A DNA stretch of 64,000 bases from positions 192,001-256,000 of the forward strand of contig CAVYNY010000016.1 in the NCBI GenBank assembly GCA_963769935.1. The letters run 5' to 3'. The notes below the pieces were generated by a model that was not told the origin of the DNA, did not search any database, and saw nothing but the letters and a program-made list of their open reading frames with translations. The stretch comes from an uncultured delta proteobacterium. GTDB taxonomy: Bacteria > Desulfobacterota > Desulfobacteria > Desulfobacterales > JAFDCJ01. The translations under genes and the position numbers were made by a program. Below are positions 1 to 10,755 of this stretch, piece by piece (the first letter of the stretch is position 1; every line of letters starts with the position of its first letter).

Positions 1-1
1 A

Positions 2-871
2 GCGGTATCCGGGGCTGCGGTCATCCCGATGCTGCGGGTAAACGGGGCGTTGAGTTCCAACTGGAACCCGGCGGTCGTGCGCCCGCCGGGTGCGTTGGCG
101 GAAAAGGAATTTCTTTCCCGCTGCATTAAGTGCGGCCAGTGCATGCGCATCTGTCCGACCAACGTGATTCACCCGTCCGGGCTGGAAGGGAGCCTGGAAG
201 GCCTGTGGACCCCGGCCCTTAATTTCCGCATCGGCACCAGCGGCTGCCAGTTTAACTGCATTGCGTGCAGTCATCTTTGCCCGACGGCGGCCATCCGTCC
301 CATCAGTCTGGATGAGCGTCTGGGCCGCAACAGTTTTGCCGACCGTGGACCCATCAAAATTGGAACCGCTTTTATCGACAGGGGACGCTGCCTGCCGTGG
401 GCCATGGAAAGGCCCTGCATTGTTTGTCAGGAGAACTGCCCGGTCAGCCCCAAGGCCATTGTCACCCGGGAAGTGTTTGATACCATCGATCCCGGTTCCA
501 AGCTCATTGTTGCCAGGGCCGATAATTTTTACATCGAGCTGCAGACCGCGGGCCTTGAACCGGGCAAATATGCCACGGGTGATTATTACTGTGCAATGTT
601 GCCTCCGTCTGACGGTCGTTTGCGCAGGATCGTCAGCAACTGGGAAAGAGGCCTGAAAGTGGATAGTGAATTTCCGTTTGACCCTCCGCCGCCGCCCGGC
701 AGCCGGCTTGAAATTCAGATTCGGCTCCAGAGGCCGTATGTCGACCCTGCAAGATGCATCGGCTGCGGAGTATGCGAGCATGAATGCCCGGTTCCGGGGA
801 AACGCGCCATACGGGTTACGGCCGATGGGGAATCCCGTAATCGCAGCCATGCTCTGCTATTGCGGGGATAG
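2..871 (+). CDS. 4Fe-4S multi-cluster ferredoxin-type protein (MauM/NapG-like), probably 5'-truncated by the window edge
   Basis: CIKCGQCMRICP, CIACSHLCP, CIVCQENCP and CIGCGVCEHECP motifs. The frame is open back to position 2; the first ATG is at 29. Confidence 0.85.
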   Translation, partial: AVSGAAVIPMLRVNGALSSNWNPAVVRPPGALAEKEFLSRCIKCGQCMRICPTNVIHPSGLEGSLEGLWTPALNFRIGTSGCQFNCIACSHLCPTAAIRPISLDERLGRNSFADRGPIKIGTAFIDRGRCLPWAMERPCIVCQENCPVSPKAIVTREVFDTIDPGSKLIVARADNFYIELQTAGLEPGKYATGDYYCAMLPPSDGRLRRIVSNWERGLKVDSEFPFDPPPPPGSRLEIQIRLQRPYVDPARCIGCGVCEHECPVPGKRAIRVTADGESRNRSHALLLRG

Positions 872-1190
872 CAAGAGCCGGAAGGCAAGAAGATGAGAAG
901 TTGAGAAGATAAGAAGTTGGGAAAAGCAGAAGGTAAGAGGGTGGGAGGGTGAAGCGAAGGGCATAGCGCATGGCGCAAGGGGCATAGGGTTGGAGATGCC
1001 GGGAAGCCGAAAGGCAAGAAGGTGAGAAGGTGGGAAGTTGGGAAGTTGGGAAGATAAAAAGATCAATTTCTATTCAACTTAATCAACCTAATCAACCATT
1101 CAACCCAGTCAACTAATTAAACTCAATGAACTCAATCAACCCAATCAACTCAATCAACTCAATCAACTCAATCAACTCAATCAACTCAAA
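872..1190. repeat. Intergenic periodic low-complexity arrays: GAAGNTGR octamers, GCGCATG-like heptamers, then CAATCAACT nonamers
   Basis: Five perfect CAATCAACT copies at 1142-1186 plus degenerate copies from 1073. Purine-rich octamers at about 880-1056. Confidence 0.9.
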
Positions 1191-1210
1191 AAGCTTTGAA
1201 GGAATATAGC

Positions 1211-2416
1211 ATGTCACAAAAAGAAAATCTTTGGTCTCGCAGGGATTTTTTGAAGGCCACTGGAACAGCCGGACTCGGCGCAGCAATTGCAGCGCCGGCT
1301 CACCGTTTTGCCGCCGCATCCGACGGACAAAGTGTGGTGCCGAACCGTCCCTTCGGCCAAAGCGGATTCAATGTCTCGATTCTCTCGCTGGGGGGTATGT
1401 TCGACATCAGCTCCAACCAGATTATGATGAAGCAGGCCATGCGCTGGGGCGTAACCTACTGGGATACGGCGGACTGCTATCAAAGAGGCAGCGAAAGGGG
1501 CATCGGAAAATATTTCAATAAGTATCCTGAAGACCGCCGGAAGGTTTTCCTGGTAACCAAATCCGACGCCCGGGATCCGAAAGGAATGTCCAAACTCCTT
1601 GAGCAATCCCTCGATAGAATGCAAACCGACTATATCGACCTTTATTTCCTGCACGGCATCTACCGCATCACTGAGTTGGATCAGGACGTCCGCTCCTGGG
1701 CCGATAAGGCCAAGGCCGCCGGAAAAATCCGCCTCTTTGGATTCAGCGCGCACAGCAACATGGAAGCGAGCATGCTGGCAGCTGCCGAACTCGGCTGGAT
1801 CGACGGAATCATGATGGCTTACAACTTCCGCCTGATGCATGAAGACCGGATGAAGCGCGCGGTCGACGCCTGCGTAAATGCCGGCATCGGGCTGACCGCC
1901 ATGAAAACTCAGGGCGGCGGGCAGGTAAAAACCGGCAGTGAAACCGAACTTGAACTGGCCGGTCGCTTTTTACAAAAAGGTTTTACCGATGCCCAGGCCA
2001 AATTGATGGCGGTCTGGCAAAATCCGAATATCGCCAGTATCTGTTCTCAGATGCCGAACATGTCGATTCTGATGGCCAATGTCGCCGCGGCCCTGAATCG
2101 CACCGCGCTTTCAGTCCGCGACACGGATTTGCTGCAGCGCTACGCCCGGGAAACCCGTTCGGCTTATTGTGCCGGCTGCACCCACCTCTGTGAAACTGCC
2201 GTTGAAGATAAGGTTCCGATCGGAGATGTCATGCGCTGCCTGATGTATTGCCGCAGCTACGGCGACCGCGATTACGCCGCCGCTGAATTCAAAAAAATAC
2301 CGTCAAACGCACGCCGGCAAATGGCAACTCTCGATTTTTCATCGGCCGAAAGAAGGTGCCCGCGGAAAATGGCCATCGGCAGTCTCATGGGGGAGGCTCT
2401 GAGGGAGTTGGGATAA
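1211..2416 (+). CDS. Tat-exported aldo/keto reductase with C-terminal Fe-S cysteines
   Basis: SRRDFLK twin-arginine signal, WDTADCY, LVTK, DYIDLYFLH and a C-terminal CAGCTHLC...CP motif. Confidence 0.9.
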   Translation: MSQKENLWSRRDFLKATGTAGLGAAIAAPAHRFAAASDGQSVVPNRPFGQSGFNVSILSLGGMFDISSNQIMMKQAMRWGVTYWDTADCYQRGSERGIGKYFNKYPEDRRKVFLVTKSDARDPKGMSKLLEQSLDRMQTDYIDLYFLHGIYRITELDQDVRSWADKAKAAGKIRLFGFSAHSNMEASMLAAAELGWIDGIMMAYNFRLMHEDRMKRAVDACVNAGIGLTAMKTQGGGQVKTGSETELELAGRFLQKGFTDAQAKLMAVWQNPNIASICSQMPNMSILMANVAAALNRTALSVRDTDLLQRYARETRSAYCAGCTHLCETAVEDKVPIGDVMRCLMYCRSYGDRDYAAAEFKKIPSNARRQMATLDFSSAERRCPRKMAIGSLMGEALRELG

Positions 2417-2873
2417 GAAAGAAGCTGGGAAGGTGAGAAGTTGAGAGGGTGAAACGGATGGGATAGCGAGAAGGTGAGAAAGTGGGAAGGTGATGACATA
2501 TAGGCGCAGGGCGCACGGCACACGGCGCACGGATGAGGGAAAAACGATAGGATGCTGGGAGGTTGAGAAGGCGGGAAGGTGAGAGGGGGAAGCAGCCGGC
2601 ATGGAGCATAGCGTAGAAAGTAAAGGGTGGCGGCGGCCTCCATGAAAAAGCGAATCGCAGAATATCGAATGTTGAAGGCTGGTTTTGCTCCCGCAGCACC
2701 AGCGCTTGCGCGGCGTGTGCACCGCTTGTTGCCCAGTCTTTTTATAAAACGGACAGAAAACCTTAATTCGTCATTCGACAATCGTCATTCGTCATTCCAA
2801 GGACCCTGAACCTTGTGCCTTTGGCTTTTATCCTTTAACCTTTTACCTTTCAACTTTCACCTTTTACCTTTCT
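2417..2873. repeat. Intergenic periodic arrays (purine-rich octamer/heptamer left arm, pyrimidine-rich heptamer right arm)
   Basis: GAAGGTGA and GGCGCAC units after the stop codon; TCGTCAT and CCTTTTA units near 2768-2873. Confidence 0.8.
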
Positions 2874-3887
2874 TCAAAGCTTATTCAAAACTCCATTTCC
2901 CTTGCCCGGGTTCGGGTAATTGGCAGCCATCGCCTCGGCTTCCCTCCTGATTTCATCCCGCAGGGATTCAGGTTCCAGGACCCCGGCTTTGGCGCCCCAC
3001 TTCAGAATCCAGAATTTAATCTCGTCAATACCAGCCACCTCGGCTTCAAAAATAATGGAGCCGTCCTTCTGTGCCTCGATCTGCTGGGTCTCGTGCCAGA
3101 TTTTCTCCTGGATGTAATCGGCGATATCGGCCGCAAACCGGATCCTGACCTTAACCGGTTGGCCTTGGAAAACGCCGAAGCTGGATTTCATAAAATCATC
3201 AACGTTGAAATCCTCCGGCACTTCGAAGGTCTCATCGGTAGGTTCGAAATTTTGAATGCGATCCATGGCAAATATGCGAATATCCTGGCGCAGCCCGCAA
3301 TGGCCGATCAAATAAAACGTACCGTCGAAAAACCAGATCTTGTAAGGCGCCACTTTTCGCCGGGTAGTCTTTTTGCGGCTCATGGCGTAGTAATCGATCC
3401 GGATGAATTTTTTGAGGATCGCCGCTTCACTGACTTTATCGATAATACTGCGCAATGGGCCATACGGGGTGTGTGGTTTGGACTTCACCGCCAGACTTTT
3501 TTCGACCCGGCTCAGGTATTCAATGTACTCATCGGGCAAAGTGGCTTTTATCTTCTCAAATAAAGTCACCAGGGAATCATAAAAAACCGTGTCTTTTAAC
3601 ACCCCCATCATGCCCCGGCTGAAATAGAGGGCCATCAGCTCCGGCAGACTGAACGGTATGGGAATGCTGTGTTTGGCCGAATCGAGCAGGCACCACAAAT
3701 TTTTCCCGCCTGTCCGTTCCGTGTAAACCGGAAACCCTGCCGCCTGCAGTGCTTCCAGATCCCGATACACGGTCCGCGTGTGGCACTGAAGGTCCGCGGC
3801 CAGTTCGGTAATCGATTTCCCGAACCTGGAAGATATCAAGGTTTGAATGATTTTCCACTGTCTGGCCAGCTGATCGCCCCGTGCCAT
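2874..3887 (-). CDS. WYL-domain transcriptional regulator (wHTH-WYL-WCX, PafBC/YafY family)
   Basis: N-terminal HTH (ELAADLQCHTRTVYRDLEAL), WYL core (RKVAPY...FYLIGHC...RIFAMDRI) and C-terminal WILKWG...VLEPESLR. Confidence 0.93.
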   Translation of the reverse strand: MARGDQLARQWKIIQTLISSRFGKSITELAADLQCHTRTVYRDLEALQAAGFPVYTERTGGKNLWCLLDSAKHSIPIPFSLPELMALYFSRGMMGVLKDTVFYDSLVTLFEKIKATLPDEYIEYLSRVEKSLAVKSKPHTPYGPLRSIIDKVSEAAILKKFIRIDYYAMSRKKTTRRKVAPYKIWFFDGTFYLIGHCGLRQDIRIFAMDRIQNFEPTDETFEVPEDFNVDDFMKSSFGVFQGQPVKVRIRFAADIADYIQEKIWHETQQIEAQKDGSIIFEAEVAGIDEIKFWILKWGAKAGVLEPESLRDEIRREAEAMAANYPNPGKGNGVLNKL

Positions 3888-4041
3888 ATGGATGCCCCCT
3901 TAAAATTATTGAACACAGATTAACACATATTGCCACAGATTTTCAAAGCTTTGGAGTTCTTTTATTTAAGAAAAACAATTTTTTATCGATGCAAATTGTT
4001 TTCATCGTTTTTTTTTAAAAAAAGTATTTTTTTTTAGGAAC

Positions 4042-4075
4042 TGTGACCGGATCTGTCACACCTGTCTGCTAAAGT
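4042..4075 (+). promoter_or_regulatory. Palindromic operator TGTGAC-N7-GTCACA next to an extended -10 (TGcTAAAGT); candidate WYL-regulator site
   Basis: Perfect 6-bp inverted repeat at 4042-4060 and TAAAGT at 4070-4075, between the WYL gene and the divergent small ORFs. Confidence 0.7.
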
Positions 4076-4141
4076 TCGGGCAAACATCGGGAAAAGGGGA
4101 TTTCAAATCAATGAAATTTTCAATCAACGGAGGAATTTAAA

Positions 4142-4315
4142 ATGACCAAGGACATTTCATACCCGGACTATTATGATTGTTATGAGTATCATGGCAACAC
4201 CACCATCGAGCTGACCCGCAGGCAGAACGGGATGATCATCTGGCGGGACTGGATCCTTTTCGATTCCGTGGAGGAGGCCTCCGATTATTTTAACGATGAC
4301 TGCGTGATGAATTAG
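4142..4315 (+). CDS. Small acidic/aromatic hypothetical protein, 57 aa (MTKDISYPDYYDCYEY...WRDWILFDSVEEASDYFNDDCVMN); not in the ORF track
   Basis: GGAGG ribosome-binding site at 4129-4133, ATG at 4142, TAG at 4313-4315. The next ATG follows 4 nt later. Confidence 0.8.
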   Translation: MTKDISYPDYYDCYEYHGNTTIELTRRQNGMIIWRDWILFDSVEEASDYFNDDCVMN

Positions 4316-4319
4316 AATT

Positions 4320-4697
4320 ATGAAAAATCAAACTGTTACCGGAATCGGCTGCTTTGCAAGGCCGGAGAAGCTAAGGCGGATTTTTTTGAAAATGGTACAA
4401 AGATATGCCTTGGGACAAATTGAAGGCATCGATCTGGCCGACAGAAGTGAATCCGGCGAAACGGAAAGCATCCGATTGATAGAGGCACTCATTGCAGGCC
4501 GAAATTTGGAACTCCATCCATCGAATTCGAATTCTCCGGACGCGCCTGAATACAAAAAAATAACCGGCTTTTTCCTGACGCTGAAAGACCAAAAACTGAA
4601 TTTGTCGATCTTTGCGAAAAATAGCGACCGCCGGCAGGAAAGACACTCGGCTGTTTTGGATGCGCTTACCGATATAAGGTGGAGAAGGTTGAATTGA
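4320..4697 (+). CDS. Hypothetical protein, 125 aa
   Basis: Tightly coupled to the 57-aa ORF and followed by a terminator-like hairpin. No recognised motif. Confidence 0.65.
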   Translation: MKNQTVTGIGCFARPEKLRRIFLKMVQRYALGQIEGIDLADRSESGETESIRLIEALIAGRNLELHPSNSNSPDAPEYKKITGFFLTLKDQKLNLSIFAKNSDRRQERHSAVLDALTDIRWRRLN

Positions 4698-4718
4698 TTG
4701 CTGAGCCTAATTCCATAT

Positions 4719-4749
4719 AAAAAAAAGCCCCACTGATTTACAGCGGGGC
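4719..4749 (-). terminator. Intrinsic terminator (possibly bidirectional) between convergent genes
   Basis: A8 tract followed by the hairpin GCCCCaCTG-attta-CAGcGGGGC, giving a U-tract on the minus strand. Confidence 0.7.
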
Positions 4750-4837
4750 ATCTCATTTTCCGTGCCGTCAGGCTTTGTTCAATGCGCTTCGCCTGATGCT
4801 GCAAGCTGGGCGATTGGATTTAAAGCCGCCGGTGAAA

Positions 4838-5317
4838 CTATTCCGGCACATGACACTCCTTGCATCCGGTGGGTCCGGGGTTGGGCAGATTTTCTTTCAG
4901 CACGCGGCCGGATAGTTCCAGCTTCAGGTTCTTTTGTTTCAAATCCTTATGGCAGGTGATACACTGTTTATGATACGCGTTTTTATAATAGCTGATTTGC
5001 AGCTCCTCCAGGTCCTCGCCTTTTTCGGCCTTAGTCGGAGCAACCACGCCGTCATGGCAGCCGGCTGTTTCACAACTCTGGACAGGCTCGTCGTACTCCC
5101 ATTGGTGATGGCATGTTTGACAGCTATAAGTAAAGTGGACGGGATGATTGAATTCAACGAGCGGCCGAGTGGCTTCCACCGATTCTGGTGGTGCCAGCTG
5201 AATTTTGCCCATTGGGATGCACATGGTTTCGACCTCGCTTTGCTTGGCAACGACAAGTGCATTGCCGAAAATTAAAGCCAGAATAAAACAAACAACTCCG
5301 ATTCCTAGTTTATACAT
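4838..5317 (-). CDS. Tetrahaem class III cytochrome c (cytochrome c3 family)
   Basis: Signal peptide, FNHPVH and four haem motifs (CQTCHH, CETAGCH, CITCH, CKECH). The ATG at 5317 has the better RBS spacing. Confidence 0.92.
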   Translation of the reverse strand: MYKLGIGVVCFILALIFGNALVVAKQSEVETMCIPMGKIQLAPPESVEATRPLVEFNHPVHFTYSCQTCHHQWEYDEPVQSCETAGCHDGVVAPTKAEKGEDLEELQISYYKNAYHKQCITCHKDLKQKNLKLELSGRVLKENLPNPGPTGCKECHVPE

Positions 5318-5567
5318 CCTCATCTCCCTTGATACAGATATCGTTAAATGGTTGATAGGTTTATTGGTCGGGTAAAATACAAACCAAGCAACGACTGCGT
5401 AAATTTAAAGAGCAATTAATGCGTTAAATGGAAAGAAAAATCAACTGAAAAATGATGAATTCAAAAAAAATTGAATATCTTGGTTCACATGTGACTGATT
5501 TGAAATATAAAAAGGCGGCATTCCTTAAATATTCAATCTTCAATCGAAAATATTCAATTTTTTCAGC

Positions 5568-7509
5568 CTACTCCGGCAGCGAAATGGTGATCGTACATCC
5601 GGGACCGTCATTGTTGGCAGCGCTTACGGATCCGCCCATCAGCCGGACGAATTTTTTAACCAGCGCCAGTCCGATGCCGGTGCCGCGCGTCGCACGGGCA
5701 AGGGAATTTTCGACGCGGTAAAAGTCGTCAAATATCTTTTTCAGTGCCTGACGCGGGATGCCGGGTCCGGTGTCGGATACCATGATGTTCACCCGCCCAT
5801 CCTGCCGGCGGGTCCGGATGCCGATCTCCCGCCGGGGGGTGCTCTGGCCGAATTTCATACTGTTTTCGATCAGGTTGATCAATACCTGGATCATCACTTC
5901 CCGATCATATCTAAACGGCCGGTCCTGTCCTTTTGCGACCGTTAGCGTGAATCCCTCCTGCTTGACCTTTTCAGCCATCACCGCCTGAACTTCTTCCAGA
6001 ACATCATCGAAAGTACCGGTCTGCAAGTCGATATGCCGCTGCCTTTTTTCCAATTTGGAAAGCTCCAGCACATTGTTGATCAGGCGCGACAGGCGGGCGC
6101 CCTCCGAATCGAGAATCCTGAAATACTCCTGCTCGCGCTCCGGGTTTTGCGCCATGCCCTGCTCCAGCATTTCAATATACAGCCGGATATTGGTCAGGGG
6201 TGTCTTTAATTCATGGGTAACGGAAGAAACAAATTGGGAACGGCGCTCGGAAAGATCCACGATGGTACGGGTACTCTGGTAGATGGTGAACAATCCCATT
6301 AAAACGACCACCGCCAGGACAACGAGCATGATGGTCAGGGTATGGCGGCCGGCAGAAGGCGGGATCTGATCGCAGACCAAAGTTGCCTTCAAGAAGTTGA
6401 AAGGCGATGGAAAGCTGCGATTAAGAATAAAATCGGGATCTTTGACGATGACGCCGGCTTCCAGCGCCCGGGCTTCCCGGCCCTGATCCAAAACGCTGAG
6501 ACGCAGGCCGGTAAACTGCGCCATTGGTTGGGCAAGAAAATAATTTTGAACCAGGTAATTTAGAAAATGATTTACCTGCAGAACGAATCCCTGCCGGTAG
6601 ATCTGATTGTCGATCATGATGCGGCGGAAGATAAATACTTGACCGTCACTTAAAAAAACTGCCTGCAGCGGAGCCACTTCCACCCGGTAGCCGGCTGCTT
6701 CTTCAGCAGGGGGCGGGGACGCCGGTGGGGGTGCACTTTCGGCTGCTTCCCGGTAGGAGTTGGCTGACTGACGCTTTTGCAGGGACCATGGTCTTGCCGG
6801 CCGTCCGGTCTCCCTCCAAATGCCGGTCGTCTTTAGCGGCCATGGAATCGGCGGCAGCCGGAGCGCCGGCCTTCGAAGGCTTCTGCTCCTGTTGGGTGAT
6901 GTTGGCCGCCTGGCCGATGGTGATTTTTTCGACTCTTTTTCCCTTCTGCCCCAGGAAATCTCTGGAGCGCTGGGTGCGCGAAAGATCAAGGTATTTGCCG
7001 GCAAACCCTGCTTTTTTTTCGGTTTCCCGCTCGGCCGCGAGTACCGCCGGCCGGGGTTTAACTTTATCGGTCCCCGCAACCCGCTTGCGGTTGAAAATTT
7101 CATTGGCTTCTTTCAGCTCAGTCACGAGTTGAACACGATCGGGCGGTATCTGCCCCTCGTTTGCCACCAGCGGCGTCTGGAACGATCCGTCCGGATTATT
7201 CTGAAAATATCCTAGAATGAAATTCTCCGCTGACGGCTGCGACAGGGGAGACGGTTGCGGCCGGTCTTCATCGGATTGCCGGGAGGGTGGAAACACGTGA
7301 TAGTTGTATTCATCGACCGCCCGACTTTCCTCACGCTGCACCATCATCGCCAGCCTGTGCTCCATTTCGTCGAAAAGTGTTTCCGCAAAATAGCTCAAGG
7401 TTGACGCCTCTTCCTGTTCCAGCCCACGGTAGGTTTTTAAAACAAAATAACCAAGTGGTATGGAAAGCGCCAGCGAAAATATGACGATAAGCAGTTTCAG
7501 TTTTTTCAT
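5568..7509 (-). CDS. Membrane sensor histidine kinase (HisKA/HATPase), split by one frameshift near 6750-6790
   Basis: The N-terminal TM/periplasmic part is in ORF 6703-7509. The second TM, VTHELKTPL, NLIENSMKF, DTGPGI and GTGIGL are in ORF 5568-7103. Confidence 0.88.
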
Positions 7510-7554
7510 GGTTTAATCGGATTGTTTGGATCATCCCAGTTAAACAAAAGACAA

Positions 7555-7944
7555 GAAGGGTTAACGGGTTAAATTTGGATTGTTTAGATTGTTTAAATGG
7601 TTTGAATCGTTATGATCGATGACTTGTGATCGCATAAAGCTTTTCATTCTTTTTGATTGTTAAGAGCCTTTATGTTGGTATTCAGTTTTTTTAGAACCGT
7701 TCGGCTTTTTCTAGCAAACTTCGAAACGCTCACCCCGCAACCCCCATCATTATTCAGCCAACTCAATTAACTCAACAAACCCAATAAACTCAATAAACAC
7801 AGCCACCCCGCAACCCGCTCTTTTCTTTTTACGCTACGCGCTTTGCACTATGCCCTTGCCCATTCTCCGAACCCCGCATCATTATCCAGCCAACTCAATA
7901 AACTAACAGACACAGCCACCCCGCAACCCGTAACCCGTAACTCC
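7555..7944. repeat. Intergenic periodic arrays (nonamer CAATAAACT-like, heptamer CCGCAAC-like) with a local duplication
   Basis: The CATCATTAT..AGCCAACTCAAT...CACAGCCACCCCGCAACCCG block occurs twice (about 7745-7818 and 7877-7931). Confidence 0.75.
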
Positions 7945-8640
7945 TCACTCCGGCGCCAGTCTGTACCCCTCGCCCCGGACGGTTTCTATGAACGGAGGAT
8001 CGCCGATTAAGGCGGTAATTTTCTTGCGCAGCTTGAGCATATGGATATCCACTGTGCGAGTCTCAATATCCGCATCGGCGTAGCGCCATACTTCGATCAG
8101 AAGCTCTTTTTTTGAAACTATCCTGTCCCGGTGGCGGTGCAGGTAGATGATTATATCCATTTCCCGGCGGGTAAGTTCCGCAGACTGTTCTCCGGCCACG
8201 GCTTTCAGGTTTTTGCCGTCAAAAAAAATTCCGTGGCAGTTAACTTCTTCATCGCCGAGATTTTTGCCGGTTCGCCGCAATACCGCTTCCACCCGCACCA
8301 TGACTTCCCGCAGGGAAAAGGGTTTGGTGATATAGTCATCCGCCCCGGCCTTAAACCCCGCAATAATATCGTCCTCCGCCCCTTTGGCAGTGATGATGAT
8401 AATTCCCTGGTTGGGTTTCTGTTTGCGAATCTTTCTGCAGATCGAAAACCCATCAAGGGACGGCAGCATCACATCCAGCAGAATCAGGTCAAATTGCTCA
8501 TCCACGGCCACCTTGAGCCCCACGAAGCCGTCTTCAACACCTTGGGCTTCGTAGCCGTTAAACACCAGCACATCCACAAGGCCGCGCAGCAGGGCCGTGT
8601 CATCTTCAACAACGAGAATGCGGGCCTTGGGTTGTTTCAT
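7945..8640 (-). CDS. OmpR/PhoB-family response regulator
   Basis: REC domain (VVEDD, LLDVMLP, DDYITKPF) and winged helix (RTVDIHMLKLRKK, ETVRGEGY). Confidence 0.95.
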   Translation of the reverse strand: MKQPKARILVVEDDTALLRGLVDVLVFNGYEAQGVEDGFVGLKVAVDEQFDLILLDVMLPSLDGFSICRKIRKQKPNQGIIIITAKGAEDDIIAGFKAGADDYITKPFSLREVMVRVEAVLRRTGKNLGDEEVNCHGIFFDGKNLKAVAGEQSAELTRREMDIIIYLHRHRDRIVSKKELLIEVWRYADADIETRTVDIHMLKLRKKITALIGDPPFIETVRGEGYRLAPE

Positions 8641-8864
8641 AATTTATCCGTCCTGAAACTAGAAAACTAACGTTCTAAAATTTCCTCTGGGTATTGAAGC
8701 ACATATCTTTATCCCGGCTCCGACGGATAAATTAATGTATGCTTCGCATTTTTTATTCTTAAATTAATTCCAAATATATACATAGAATATCAGAAATCCG
8801 TTTGTCGGCATCTGCTAACTTTTGAACCTTTATTTAGGTTATACCAGACAATCGCAAATTCAAA

Positions 8865-8940
8865 GTAAAAGTTATGTAAAAAAACTGCCGCCTTCTTTTA
8901 CATTTCTTTGAATTGCATCCGGCAGCCCCTGAAGTATAAT
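8865..8940. promoter_or_regulatory. Divergent promoter with oppositely oriented tandem boxes (GTAAA-N6-GTAAA; TTTACA-N4-TTTGAA) and a TATAAT -10
   Basis: GTAAA at 8865 and 8876, TTTACA at 8897, TTTGAA at 8907 and TATAAT at 8935-8940. Direct repeats of 10-11 bp period are typical of OmpR-family sites. Confidence 0.5.
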
Positions 8941-9012
8941 CGAAACACGGCAGCCAAATCGGATTTAATTTTATCACTGAAGATTAAATTCATTCGGCCG
9001 GGGGCGGTCCAC

Positions 9013-9062
9013 AATTTTAGGCATTTTAGGCATTTTAGGCAATTTAGGCAATTTAGGCAATT
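9013..9062. repeat. Nonamer tandem repeat (CAWTTTAGG) x5
   Basis: cattttagg cattttagg caatttagg caatttagg caattt, read directly. Confidence 0.9.
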
Positions 9063-9084
9063 TTTTTGGAAAGGAGAGCACATT

Positions 9085-10519
9085 ATGAAACCGAAACAAC
9101 TGAAAAACCTTTTATTGATTGCTTTGCTGATTGCGGTCACCGGTGCAGCTATGGCGTATTCGGACAAAATACCGGGTATTTTCTCTCAAAACCCGGAAGC
9201 CTGCACACGCCCCGCAGCAGACTGTAAACAAGGGAATCCTCAGCGTTTCCGGTCATCTCGTACAAGACAAAGTTCTTCTGGGATCGGCCGGCACCGTGGG
9301 CTTGAACCTCACGTTGCAGGCGGATCAGATCGCAGCGACGGACACGGCGGAATCCCGCAATGTCGATCTGGTGATCGTGCTGGACCGCAGCGGTTCGATG
9401 AAAGGCCGCAAAATCAATGATGCGCGCCGGGCGATACTGCAGCTGCTGACCGACCTGAGCGCCAGGGACCGGTTGGCCCTGGTCACATATTCGGACGATG
9501 TTCAAATTGGCGCCGACCTTCTCACCGTCACCGATGACAATCGGAAGCGTCTGGCGGCGGCTGTCAACAGCGTGCAGGTCGGCGGCGGCACCAACCTTGG
9601 TGCCGGTCTGCAGGCCGGAATCAGCATTCTCAACTCCTCCATCCGCAGTGCCAATTCTGCCAAGGTGATTCTCATTTCCGACGGGCTTGCCAACAAGGGT
9701 GTTACGGATATCAACGCCCTGGGCAACATGGCCGCCCTGGCAGTTGAAAGTGAATTTGCAATCAGCACGGTAGGCGTGGGATCCGATTATAACGAACATC
9801 TGATGACTGCCATCGCCGATCAGGGCACCGGCACTTACTATTACCTGGAAAACCCGGCGGCCTTTGCCGAAGTATTCCAGAGGGAATTCTATGACACCCG
9901 GACAGCAATCGTCAGCAGCCTGAAAATTCAAATACCGACGCCGGGCGGCATCACGCTGTCCGATGCTGCCGGATACCCGCTCAGCTACCGGCAGAACCAT
10001 GTCGAATTTTATCCCGGCCGTCTGCGCTCCGGGCAAATTCGTAAACTTTATCTGACGCTTCATGTTCCAACCAACAGCGAACGGAATTTTGTGCTCAATG
10101 ATATTAAGATAACCTATCATTATGACAATCAGGCTTTCGAAACCACCCTGGATGAGCCCCTGAGCATTGCCTGTGTGAATGATCAACAAAAAGTCTTCTC
10201 CTCCATTGACAAGACCGTCTGGACTGAAAAAATCATCAATGAAGACTTTAACCGCCTCAAGCAGGAAGTAGCCGCTGATTTAAAATCCGGCGACAAGCGG
10301 CAGGCGATGGACCGAATAAAAAAGTACCATGGCGAACAGGAAGCCGTAAATGCGGTAGTCGGTTCGCAGCGGGTCGCCGATAATCTTGACAAGGATCTCA
10401 AAGAGCTCACAACGTACGTCGAAGAAACGTTTCAAGGCGCACCTGCAGCCGTGCGGGAAAAGCAACAGTCCAACGCCAAAGCCCTGCAATACGACGGCTA
10501 CCGCGGTCGGCGGCAGTAA
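9085..10519 (+). CDS. Exported/membrane-anchored von Willebrand A domain protein (YfbK-like), with one frameshift near 9190
   Basis: AGGAGAG RBS and ATG at 9085 give a signal/TM segment. The MIDAS motif VLDRSGSM, GGTNL and LISDG follow in the +1 frame. Confidence 0.88.
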
Positions 10520-10620
10520 TAGGATTAACAGAGGACAGAAGACAGAGTGACAGAGGATGATTTCAGCCCGGCCGATGGGCAAAGTAGCGGCCGATCTGAT
10601 CGAAAAAAAAACATAATAGT

Positions 10621-10729
10621 TCACCGCAGAGCTCGCAGCCTCTGGCCCATAGGGCCTACGCCCCGGTGGGAGAACGCCGAGAACGAAAATTTTAATTAAT
10701 CTCCGCGCTCTCTGCGCTCTCTGCGGTGA
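10621..10729. repeat. Inverted array element TCACCGCAGAG...CTCTGCGGTGA with an internal insert
   Basis: 11-bp terminal inverted repeat with nonamer-period inner units. A lone right arm occurs at about 35905-35933. Confidence 0.75.
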
Positions 10730-10755
10730 GATACTTCGTAAAAACGGAGCAGGAT

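Noticed and set aside
1073..1190. Nonamer arrays (also 9013-9062 and 34240-34295) as a CRISPR array or as coding ELI/RHF repeats
   Set aside because: There are no unique spacers, the units are far shorter than CRISPR repeats and no cas genes are present. The overlapping ORFs are translations of the repeat.
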